Positions 53,782 to 64,000 of a DNA stretch of 64,000 nt are shown piece by piece. The position numbers and the translations under genes are program-made. The DNA comes from Tricharina praecox (taxonomy: Eukaryota). A model generated the notes under the pieces. The model saw nothing but the letters and a program-made list of their open reading frames with translations. It ran no database searches and was not told the DNA's origin. Each line of letters starts with the position of its first letter. Within the stretch, counting starts at the first letter, position 1. The stretch covers positions 310,001-374,000 of the forward strand of contig NW_026250404.1 in the NCBI RefSeq assembly GCF_024521635.1, written 5' to 3'.

Positions 53782-54104
53782 AAGAAAATTTGGTGTTTTT
53801 AGAAGTTTTGTCATGTAGGTATTGCTATTGGTTGCCAATTGTCTTGCAACCGACCGATCGATCTACAGGGTGGCGCAGTGGGTAGGCGGAAGCCTGCACC
53901 GGGGTTACTTTCTCACTCAACTATTCTTCCTCGCTTTCTTTCTTTTTTTTCTTCTTTTCTGCGCTTTTCTGTCGGTGGAGTTTTCATCGTTTGGGAAGCG
54001 GTGATAGACACGGATTATGTCAAATGAGTTTATGAATGTACATCTATATACGGCATCCTCTTGATATCTCACCCGTGCCCGTACCCTCGGCAACTTACCA
54101 GCAG

Positions 54105-55560
54105 TTATTGGATGTACGAGTATTCGTCGTCAGCCTTGTTCCTCTCTTCGCGGAACCGCTGACTGAGCGTCCTGTACTTCGAGTTGAAAGCATCAATATC
54201 GACGTAGGCGCCCTTGAGCCAGCGATCGCCACTCTCGGCATCAAACTCCCTTCTCGAGTGCAGCACCCTGCGATTGAAGAAGACGGCACACACGCCCTCC
54301 TCGAGCCTCAGCTCATACTGGGCCCCGGGCTCATCGACGTTCTTGGCAAACTCGGACGCGCCGATGATGTACGGTCTGAACTGGGAGTTTAGGTCGGTTC
54401 CGACGTCGACCTCGAACGGCGCCTGGAAAGGCGGCGCCCAATTGACGCTGCTGATCCGCTTCTCGTCCAGGTAGCTGTACTCGTCCATCACAATCGTTGG
54501 CCGCGTCAGGTGGTAGTGCTCGCCGTCGTTTTGGTAGTGGTACGTTACCGGGAACTTTGTGAGCGCGTGGAAGAGGATCGGGCTGTTCAGGCGCAGCAGC
54601 GTGGCTGCGCGGAACGAGTCGGCGAATACTGAGGAACCGCCGGTTACTGTGTTTTGGACGCAGTGCAGGAATTGTAGCCCCGGTGGCGACTCGAAGTAGA
54701 GCAGGTCCATGTGGTGGCCGAGGTTGAGGGATGTGTAGCTGTTTGCCGAGGTTGTCAGCGGGCGGCAGCGGGGAAGGGAGTGAGAAGTGGTGCGTCACTT
54801 ACGCGATGTTCTTGGAGTCTTTGATACTCTTGACGTCCCAAGTCTTCCCGTAGAACGTATTCTTCAGATTCCCAATCCTCTCGGCCATGCCCTCGACCGC
54901 ATCACTCATCCCCTCGGGTATCCCCTTGATGAACATGAGCCCATACAGACTCAGCTGCTTGACGGCCTTGAACAGCGCATCGTCGCTCTTCATGTAATCC
55001 TCGTACTCGACGAAGAGCACATCCTTCTCCATCGTCTTTCGATCCCACAAGATCTGTCTCTGGTCATTGAACCTCGCTCTTACACGATTCCTCAGGCTCG
55101 AGTAACGTCTCAGGAATTCCAGATCGTAGACGCTCTCGTGCTTGTCGCCGGTGGGGTTCTGCGGGGTGACGAGATCATTCTTCCAGACGATCCTTACGGA
55201 GCCGTCTTTGCGCGCCTCGAAGGTTTGCGGGCGCACTTCGTACGGGATGTCGGTGGTCTGGAACAGCTTCTGCTGCGTGGACGGGTGGATGCACGCGGCG
55301 CAGCGGCAGGCGTCGCGCAGGAACAGGCTGTCGTACGGGTAGATCTGTCCGTCGACCGTTATGTGCAGGCGCTTGAGCGACAGCGGGTTGATCTTCTTTT
55401 TTTTGTTTTTGGATTGCAGCGTGGGTGGGATCGGGAGTGTGGACGTGTGCGTGTGCGCGCGGACAAGGCGGGGGAGGAGGACGGAAGTGGTGGATGTGGG
55501 ACGGAGGAGACTTGAGGCGGCAGGCCGGAGCGCGCGTGCGAGAGTTGGGACGCCGCGCAT
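54105..55560 (-). CDS. Mitochondrial gamma-butyrobetaine dioxygenase-like (TauD/TfdA, AIM17-like) Fe/2OG enzyme, 2 exons
   Basis: Presequence; LRDACRC..C.HPST.QKLF N-terminal Zn motif; NIAYT..L..HMDLLYF..PPG.QFLHC; FNRRVLHSR; intron 54739-54801. Confidence 0.88.
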
Positions 55561-56037
55561 CGTGGGGATGAGGGAGTGAGTGAGTGGGGGTCAAGCGGAC
55601 GATGATTAGTTCCGTATGTAGTTGGAGGAGGATCTCCGGATCCCAGGACCGATCCTCGTTTATGGAATTCGTCCCATCCCCGCGTTAGATAACTGCTATC
55701 CGTACATACATGCTGAAGTCCGAGGTTCCCTGACAGCCGCTGTAGTTGCCCCACCCTGCAACTGCCAAACAACCGCCGATTATCCGATCCCTCCCATCTT
55801 CTGCTGGGCGCTCGTTGCTCTGCCCTATTTCTGTCGATTACGTCTGTCGCGCATCCCATCGAGCTTGCTAGTGCTTGTCCCGTGTCACACGTACCCAACT
55901 CTAATTCTCAACTCGCTTTCTCCCAACACCACCCCAATAACGACAACAACAACAATACGACAACCCATTCACGCCCGCTCGCTCGCTCGCTCAATCGCAG
56001 CACCACCACCGCCGCCCACTCGTCGTCGTCGTCACGA

Positions 56038-57206
56038 ATGCCGAAAAGCAACGAGAAATTCGATGTGAACCTTCCCACCCCACACACGTCACCAGAGTCT
56101 AAGACCGTCCGCGCCATGCACACAGGCCACAGAATCTCACGTATTTGTATCCGGCGTGATAGCGGGCCTAATATCACGGTACCGTCCGCCGTCTCTCCAC
56201 TTTGCGCCCACGCTCACCCGTGTCTCTGCAGCTTCGTCATAGCGCCGCTCGACGTCGTCAAGATCCGACTGCAGCTGCAGGCTCACGGGCCGCACGCGGC
56301 GCTCACGGCGATAGACGGGCCGACGTACCGCGGGATCGTGGGCACGATGCGCACGATCGTGCTGCAGGAGGGGATCCGCGGGCTGTGGAAGGGGAACATT
56401 CCCGCGGAGTTTCTGTACATGACGTACGGGCCGGTGCAGTTCGTAGCGCTAAAGGAATGCACGGCGCTGATAAAGCGGGCGGCGCCGGGGGTCGGCGAGG
56501 AGGCGAGGAATTTTGTTGCTGGCGGGACGGCAGGCGCTGTCGCTACCGCTGCGACATACCCGTTCGACCTGCTGAGGACTAGGTTTGCTGCCCAGGGGAG
56601 TAAAAGGGTGTATGAGAGCATCGTGCACTCCGTCAGGCATATCTATGAGCATGAGGGAACACAGGGATACTACAGGGGCATTGGCGCAGCGCTGGTCCAG
56701 ATAGTCCCGTATATGTACATCCTCCCGCCATCGCCCGTGCCGTCGACTGATAGCTAACCCTCTGAAGGTCCCTCTTCTTCTGCTGCTACGAAGGTACCTC
56801 CTCTTGTCCCAGGACCCCCCTCACCCACTGACCCCCGGTAGCAACACGCACCTACACCGTCGACGTCGTGCACATGCCCGAGCAATGGTCGAACCTAGTC
56901 TCAGGGGGAATCGCCAGCACGCTGAGCAAAACGATCGTGTTCCCGTTCGACCTTGTGCGCAAGCGCTTGCAAGTGCAAGGTCCCACACGCTCACAATACG
57001 TGCACCGCAACATCCCCGCCTACGTCGGCGTCGTCGGCACGCTGCGGGACACGGTGAAGTACGAGGGGTTCCGTGGACTGTACAAGGGGCTGACGGTGTC
57101 GCTCGTCAAGGCTGCCCCCCTCAGCGCCGTCACTATGTGGACTATGGAGAACTCGCTGAAGATTATGGAGTGGATCGATCCTAGTACTAAGGGGGAGGTG
57201 GATTAG
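56038..57206 (+). CDS. TPC1: Mitochondrial thiamine pyrophosphate carrier (5 exons)
   Basis: [63 protein letters not shown]; three carrier repeats. Confidence 0.9.
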
Positions 57207-59913
57207 GACGCATTATCTACATGGGAACGGACGCATTGGGCGGAAGGGGGGACGGCGTTTGACTTTTTTTTTTTTTTTTTTTGCGGATTCCATATTGTGT
57301 TTCTCTGTTGATTTTTGATTTTTGATTCTTTTGTGTTTCGCGACAATACCGATAATGGCGTTTTCCTTCTCTTCCCTTTTTCCTTTTCTTTTTTATCTAC
57401 CAAGTACATTGCACACCTCGATCCCCATATGACCCACATGACGGAATGAACGAGTGAGGACCCGTGCACGTGTTCACGTTCGTTGTCGTTGGAATAAAGT
57501 TTTTTCCTTTTTTCCTTTTTTATTTATTTATCCATTTCTTTCTTTTCCAAAAAAAGAAATACATCCATACATACCATAAAGTACAGGTCTAGTTCGGTCA
57601 CGATTGAAAGGGGGGAAAGTTACCAAACACCCGGGAGTCGGGAGTAGGGACAGGACAATATCCCCATGGAATCTTGGAAGGAACTTGGAAGGATATGTAC
57701 GGAAGCCTGAAGGAACTTCGACTTGGAAGAGGCGGGGGAGGGGGGGGAGGGGGGGGTGTTTAGGCAAAAAGCACGCGTGACTTCAACTCCACACATCCTT
57801 CCTTTTTTTAAAATTGTCACTCGCGATATACCTTGGAAAGATGTATGCAAGTGTTTTCGCCAGCGAAACGGCAGAGATGGCGAGATGGCGACCGCACCCG
57901 AATGCCATGTTTCGGATCCGGCATTTTCAATTGTCACTCGCGATACACATTATATTTCTCTAGCGAAACGGGAGTGATGGCGACCGGATTGCGAAAGTGT
58001 CTCGAACCCAGCTCTCTTTCTCTCGTTCACCCACTTACAAAATCAACTGTGGAGTATCGGGACTCGGGCCCACTGTGGTGACACCTCAGACACTTCAGAC
58101 ACCTGGTTGGTGGTGGCGGCGGCGGTAGTTACTTTACAACTTCTTACCCACGGTATCTATTCAGCATGTGTAGGAACGCCAGCTGAACGCCCGGTCTGTC
58201 TCAGCGCCGCCCCCCCAATCCCCCCCCCCCGCCGCGCCGCCCCTTCCCTCCCCCCACGTTCCGGTCAATGTGAGCCGTGAAACATCATAGGCACCCTTGG
58301 GTATCCACGTGCGTGCAAACAACCGCACCGCACCGCGAAGTCCGCCGATTCCAGACTTCGTCTTGTCTTCAATGGCAACACACACACACACTCAATTCAA
58401 TATAGTAGGCAAGAAGTAGGTATAGGGGTATATTCCTCGATTCTCAATCATCCTTCAAAACTGTCCTTCAAACGAGGGCATAGGTATGATAGGCAGGTAA
58501 ACAAAACACAAAAAAAAGGTGGTTACTGATACAATCCCCCCCATCCTGTCCCCCATTCCCGTCCTCCCGTCCCCTATCCTCCTCCTCCAGCAATGTCAGT
58601 CCAAAAGTCCTCCAAAATACGCGCGAGCGTCCCATCTGTTTCTGTTCCATAACCATTGATCCATCCAGCCCATCGTATCCCAACCCATCCCAACCCGCCC
58701 CAGCATCTAGCCCCCCCTCCCAAAAGAGTAATCGTAATCCTCCACACAGAAACAAAAGAGAAATCCCAGCCCATCCCCAGCCCAACCCGACTAAAAAGCA
58801 TACAAGAAAAGGTGAAGCAAGAAAACAAATCGCTAATCGCAAGCAAGTAAACAAGCATACAAACAAACATGAAAGCCCAAGAAACCAAGAGAAACAAACA
58901 AAAGCGAATGGAATAAATACTTGAGTAAAGTAAGTATGGGAAAAGAAAAAAGCCCGAAAACCCCAACCGAAAACCCCCCCAACCACCGACCCGACCAGGC
59001 CGACCTCCCACCAAACCAAACCAAACCCGATGCAAAAAAAAACCCACCCCTCGCCCCCCGAAAGAGAGAGAAAAAAAAGAACTGAAAAAAAAGGACAAAC
59101 CCAGATGAGAAAGGGGAGCGAAGTGAAAAGGGAAGAAAGAAAAAGAAAAAGAAAAACCTTGAGGTATCACTTCTCTTCTGATGCAAGACCCGGACGACGG
59201 CTCCTACTTCAGTGAGATAGGTATCGAACACTAAAAAAACCCACCAGACACCCCACACGCCACTGCCACCAACCCGTAATCGCAACCGCCGAGCCGTCGT
59301 AGAGACACACTGGACCCAAAAAGGAATGCAACACCGCTCACAAAGAAAACCCGTTGGACCATTGAATGCAAAAAACCCGTGAAAATCATGTAAGGAAAAG
59401 GAAAAGGGAATAAACAAAAGGAATCCGTTGATAGTGATGATAATCGCTCAGACAAAAGTCTTGGAATGAAATGGCGGAAAGGAAAGGAAAAGGAAATCGA
59501 ATATAACGCCGCCAAATAGATCCCCAATGCCGGTCCGTGTTTCCCGGATGGCTTTTGCTGTATGGTTGTAGAGTGAAAAAAAAACCCCCGCTAAAAAAAA
59601 GAAGGCTCCAAATCGAAGAAAAAAAACGCAACTAGAGAGAAACAAGCAAAGTCCGGAGAAGACACCTGTTTCTTTCGAGCAAGGTCATGGGTCTCGTGTC
59701 GGCATCAAGTCGTAATGGGATGGGTGTGCGCTGGACAGTCCTTGAGACAAACTGTCCATCAGATGGTGTGAATGTGATCGTTCCCAGCAAAACAACATGC
59801 TGTCTAAACCTCTCGCCCCCTCCCCCGCAAACAGCCTCCTCCATTCCATCCATCCAGTTTCCACCCGTACCCCCACCCCCTTCCCCTCCATCCCTCCCGA
59901 GTCCAACCAGCCC

Positions 59914-61125
59914 TTATTCATCCACCATGCCCAGGTCATCGTCACTCTCTGTGGGCACTCGCATCCTCCCGTTCCCAGCCTTCGATTTCTTCAGTGGACT
60001 CGATTGCGGCAAACCTGCCTGCCCAGCCTTTCTCTTCAGGGAACCACTCGATGGCGGGTTCCCGGTCGCCATACGCTGCTGTTGCTGCTGTTGTGTTCCC
60101 TTGTTCGGCGTTCGTGTGGCATTATTCGGCTTCTCAATCTCCTTCGCACCATCCGGCATCCCGATATCACCGCCGATCCCACCACTGCCCCGCTTCTCCC
60201 TCTCCATCGCTTGCACTTCATCGGCGGTCAAGAACCTTCCTCCCGGACCTCGTGGTCTCCGCATGGCGTGGTTGTGTCGTGACTCGTGCAGGTAAGGTTT
60301 CCGTTGCTTTGATGTGAGACGGAGGGCCTCTTCCAGCTTCTGCCGGGCAACGCGCCGTTTCAGTATCCGGTGGAACTGCTTGGCATTGACGTAGAGTGGG
60401 GTCTCCTCGGCGGGGACGATGTCGGGCGATTGTTGATGCGGTTGTACTGGAGTGTGCTGTAGAGGCTGTTGGGGAGGTTGAGGAGGCTGTTGCTGCTGCT
60501 GCACCGCTGGTGGTGCCTGCTGTTGGGGAGTTTTCGGTTGTGGTGGGGCGGATGTTCGTGAGCTGTTGACGGGCTGGGCATGCTGGATCGCCGGACTACC
60601 GCTCGGTCCTTGCTGTTGACTCATCCGCCTGGCCGCGGCCGGCATGTGAGGGGTACCGGGCATCGCCGCTGCTTGCTGGTTCGCCGAAGGCATCCCCGAC
60701 GACTGATTCTGTCCGCCGTGAGATGCAACCGCCGTTGCCATCTGAGGTGACCTTTGCTGCGTTCTCTCCTGTTTCACCTTCACGGCGGCCGGGTTGATCC
60801 TCGGCGAGCCTTTCGGACCGGCCCCCCCTCCTGGCACCTGAATCGACATGCCTTCCGCGCCGGGAATGGCGTAGTATGCCTGGGATCCTGTGCCGGCAGC
60901 CATCGCGTACTGGTGATGATGGCTGTTGTAGTACGGTTGTTGATGGACTTGCGAGTGCAAGCTGGACGGGTGGTTCCCAGCTTGATGCATGTTGGTATTT
61001 GCGATGTGTGGAGATCCGCCGTTTCCCGTGGGGCCCGCCGTCGCGGCGTGTTGTGGTGAGTACGATCCGGCCGGGCCGTGAACGTGATGAGCGTTATGCG
61101 GTGAGAATCGTGTGTATGTGTCCAT
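59914..61125 (-). CDS. HAP2: CCAAT-binding complex subunit HapB/Hap2 (NF-YA)
   Basis: PLYVNAKQFHRILKRRVARQKLE...RKPYLHESRHNHAMRRPRGPGGRFLT; first ATG at 61125. Confidence 0.95.
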   Translation of the reverse strand: MDTYTRFSPHNAHHVHGPAGSYSPQHAATAGPTGNGGSPHIANTNMHQAGNHPSSLHSQVHQQPYYNSHHHQYAMAAGTGSQAYYAIPGAEGMSIQVPGGGAGPKGSPRINPAAVKVKQERTQQRSPQMATAVASHGGQNQSSGMPSANQQAAAMPGTPHMPAAARRMSQQQGPSGSPAIQHAQPVNSSRTSAPPQPKTPQQQAPPAVQQQQQPPQPPQQPLQHTPVQPHQQSPDIVPAEETPLYVNAKQFHRILKRRVARQKLEEALRLTSKQRKPYLHESRHNHAMRRPRGPGGRFLTADEVQAMEREKRGSGGIGGDIGMPDGAKEIEKPNNATRTPNKGTQQQQQQRMATGNPPSSGSLKRKAGQAGLPQSSPLKKSKAGNGRMRVPTESDDDLGMVDE

Positions 61126-63664
61126 AATGTCGTTCGAGAGGTACCGAACGCTACTTTCAGGCGCCGAGGTGTTCCGCAAAACAGAAGCCAGTTGTGCCAC
61201 CACTTCCGGGTACTGGGTGATGTTTCACCGAAGAGGAAAAAACAAAGATGCTGGAGGCGGGTCAGATGCTGACAATTTCGATGTTGGCGGGCAAGCAAGT
61301 CGGGTTGACGATGTTGACGATGCTTCTGGATGTGGTGCGAGGTATCTTGTGTGTGTGTTTGGAGAACGCGTGGTGGTGTGGGATATCTGATGCTACCGCA
61401 GGGATACTTCAACCAAGAGGTTACGACTGGATGGATAAATGCGGAGAATATGTCAGGAACCTATCGTCGGTGGAATCAGCGTCAGGTAAGGCAGTAAACA
61501 ATCAAGGTTGCACTCGAGGGCAGACAAACCAATGCTGGAGGAGGGTAGGTATTCGATGGATGGGGCTTTCCAACGAGGTTAAAGCTATGTGGTGCGGGCT
61601 AGGTTGGTGGAGTATAAGGTGCCTGGTTGGCTGCCTGATATGCGTTGCGAGAGTGGCCAATGGCAAATTCCGATTGTCAGGCAATGAGCAGCAAGACGAC
61701 GGTTTTCTTCGCAGTAGTATTCCTGTGCGAGCACGCAGAGTTCCTTTATCTTTTGGATATTGCAGAGAATGTGCCTTCAATTTGGTACGCTGTGTGTTTT
61801 TTTTTCTTCTCTTCTCTTTCTGTTCTTCCGAGCTTGGAGACAAGTTCTCTGGGCGCACGTGTATGCCTGCTCTGCGCTGGCGATATTGTTTCCAAGCACA
61901 ACGACAAAAAAATGTCAGAAAAAGGCGGGCGACGTGGGTTCGGAGGTGTAGGTAGTGGTAGTGGTGGTGGTGATGGTGGTGGTGGTGGTGGTGGTGGGCT
62001 GGCAGGCTGCAGGCTCTGATGTGTTGGTGACAAGTTGTAACGATGCGCGCGGAGAGGATTAAAAGAACGTACCGTAAAAGTAAACGGAGCGTCAATTGGT
62101 TGCGGCAGTTTGTTTGGGGTCCAGGATTGGGGGGAGCCGGGGTTGGTGTAGGTGGGTATTTTTTGGAGGGTTCTGGAGGGGGATCTCTGTGTTCGAACAG
62201 GCAGGGACTAGGGATAGGTAGATGTCGAAATCTCGAGCAAGTCTCTATCTCGCTTCCTCCGGCGTTTCGGCGGTGTTTCTCCCTGAATGAGCGGGCGCGG
62301 GCGGTCTTCTTTTTTGGGGGCGGGAGAGGAGGTTCTTTTTCTTCTTGGGACACCTGGGTCTCGTCGAGGTCTATGGTACTGAAGATCGATATTGGCGCAA
62401 CTTCCCGTTATTGTTTCCCGCCAAAGCAGCGTGTATGAGGTAGGATTGGATGATTGCTAGATGTAGGAATCCTGGTACGGAGTGGAAGACAGGCTTATTA
62501 GCATCGCTCTTCTATTCGTGTACGGGTTGGGTGGTGGGTGGTGGTGGTAGGTGGGTGGTGGGTGGTGGTAGCGGTGGGTAGTGGTGGGAGGGTGCTGAGT
62601 TGGGTGGGGAGGTGCGGGATGTGCACACACACAGGAAAAAAAAACGACTGGGTGATGCGCTGGCACCGCGAGTTTGCTTGCTGCAACCGCCAACACGACA
62701 ACATACCTTGACCTGACTTGTCACTGCCGATCTGAGTCTTGCGGCGAGGAAGAGACAGAGAGAGCAGAGAGAGAGAGAACGAGTCTTCTTTTTTTCTTCT
62801 TCTTTTATTTTTTCCTTTTTCTTTCCTTCGCTTTCCACTTCTGGTGACTACCAGCACGCCAGACAGACAGACATACGACTCCGCCTCCACAGTGTGACGA
62901 GTATTTTTATATATTTTTTACTTGGAAGGGAGGGGGGGTGGGAATGCTTGTGCTGTCCGTCACTGTCTTGTCGCGCTGGCGGCCCTGGTGGTGGTGATGG
63001 TGGTGGTGGTCCGGCCCGGTGCTATCAGTTGCTGTTGCTGGATTACCCGTCTAAGCAAGTGGGTGGAGCAGACAGGGCACGTAATTGAGGGCAGTGATGG
63101 TGATGATGGTTTAGGTGGTAGTGTAAGTGGTGATGCTGGTGGTGGTGGTGATGATGATGATGACAATCGTGGTGGCAGTGGTTGTATAGGCGAGGGTTGA
63201 GCTGTTGTGCGAGAATGCTTTTACTGCCCGATGACGGCCGACTAGCAGGCCAGGTAAGGTCTGGCAGACCGAGAGACAGACAGGCAGGCAGGCAGGGCAG
63301 GCAGGCAGGCGAGTGAGCAGGGTATGGCAAGTAGAGTAGAGATGGTAAGTATGGTGTCTATGCTTGCTATGTATCTGGCCGGAGCGGTGGTGCAGCAGCA
63401 GCGGCGATGAGATCTCTGGGGTTGGTGCGTGGGTTGGTGCGTGAGTGGTGGTAGTCAAGATAGTGGAGGTCTCGGTGGTGGTGGTGGCGGTGGTGGGTTA
63501 GGATGCGTGGTGGTGGTGGGCGTGCGTACGCGCGGAAGCTGGTCGGGTTGGCAGGCGTGTCGGTCAGCGGAGGAGACAGGCACGTAGGCAGGCAGCAGGC
63601 GGCAGGCGGTAAGTTTGAGAGGTAAGTAAGCAGCGTGAGGCAGGGTTGGTGAGCGGGCGTGAGA

Positions 63665-63674
<10 letters not shown>

Positions 63675-63731
<57 letters not shown>
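63675..63731. repeat. (GA)28 microsatellite upstream of HAP2
   Basis: Direct reading. Confidence 0.95.
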
Positions 63732-63734
<3 letters not shown>

Positions 63735-64000
63735 AGTTATGGAGCGTGCACGGGGTTGTGGGGCGGACTAGAGTGTGTGCTTCGGGCGGGAGGAGGGAGA
63801 TGGGTGGTAGTGAATGGGCAGTGGGGTGGGAGGTGGGTGGGGCGGTGACGGCGGGCGTGTCGTGATGGTGGTGGTGGTGCTGATGCCGATGCACGAGGAC
63901 AGCGGGCTTTCCGGGGCGGGCGGGTGGGTGGATGGATGGGCTCGAGTCTCGACTGTCTGTCTTTCGTTTCCCGAATGTATGCATACATACGTTTGTGCGG

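Noticed and set aside
56038..56231. TPP riboswitch in TPC1 introns
   Set aside because: No TPP aptamer signature (CTGAGA...ATACCC...CTGATC) seen and the introns are too short
58468..59645. Phe/Leu/Gly-rich minus-strand ORFs resembling membrane proteins
   Set aside because: Artefacts of U/G-rich low-complexity UTR sequence
61248..63988. Long His/Pro-rich ORFs upstream of HAP2
   Set aside because: Mostly non-ATG starts, derived from CAC/CCA and CT microsatellites; no domain similarity

Overview
Eukaryotic, intron-rich fungal DNA. It is a filamentous ascomycete; the short GT-AG introns with CTRAY branch points are compatible with Pezizomycetes, but that placement is inference. The window is a gene-dense housekeeping region with about 23 spliced protein genes: ITC1 3' end, SET9, TIP41, a NiCoT nickel permease, MRPL38, RPB9, MNP1, CTK3, an HPD-motif NFKBIL1-like protein, the PKA catalytic subunit, NOC3, CBP3, a giant USP34/USP9-like deubiquitinase, ZW10/DSL1, ADE4, a questin-oxidase-like protein, COX17, ALG6, a PEBP, DNM1, a gamma-butyrobetaine-dioxygenase-like protein, TPC1 and HAP2/HapB. 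I saw no tRNA, rRNA, CRISPR array or intact transposon, and no new multi-gene system that I can support. The most notable signals are regulatory or evolutionary: (1) a ~2.8 kb, apparently multi-intron, AUG-purged leader on HAP2 and a 1.33 kb AUG-free leader on the PKA gene; (2) an identical UGUA-core (Puf-like) 12-mer just after the stops of two mitochondrial-biogenesis genes, with related sites after COX17 and MNP1; (3) a decayed island (0.9-3.2 kb) holding a phosphatidylserine-decarboxylase pseudogene fragment, a ~57 bp minisatellite and a bipartite motif that recurs 34 kb away; (4) a PEBP with two in-frame starts flanking a mitochondrial presequence; (5) a uORF before SET9; (6) an obligatory GAG splice acceptor in ZW10. 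Exon boundaries were deduced by eye.
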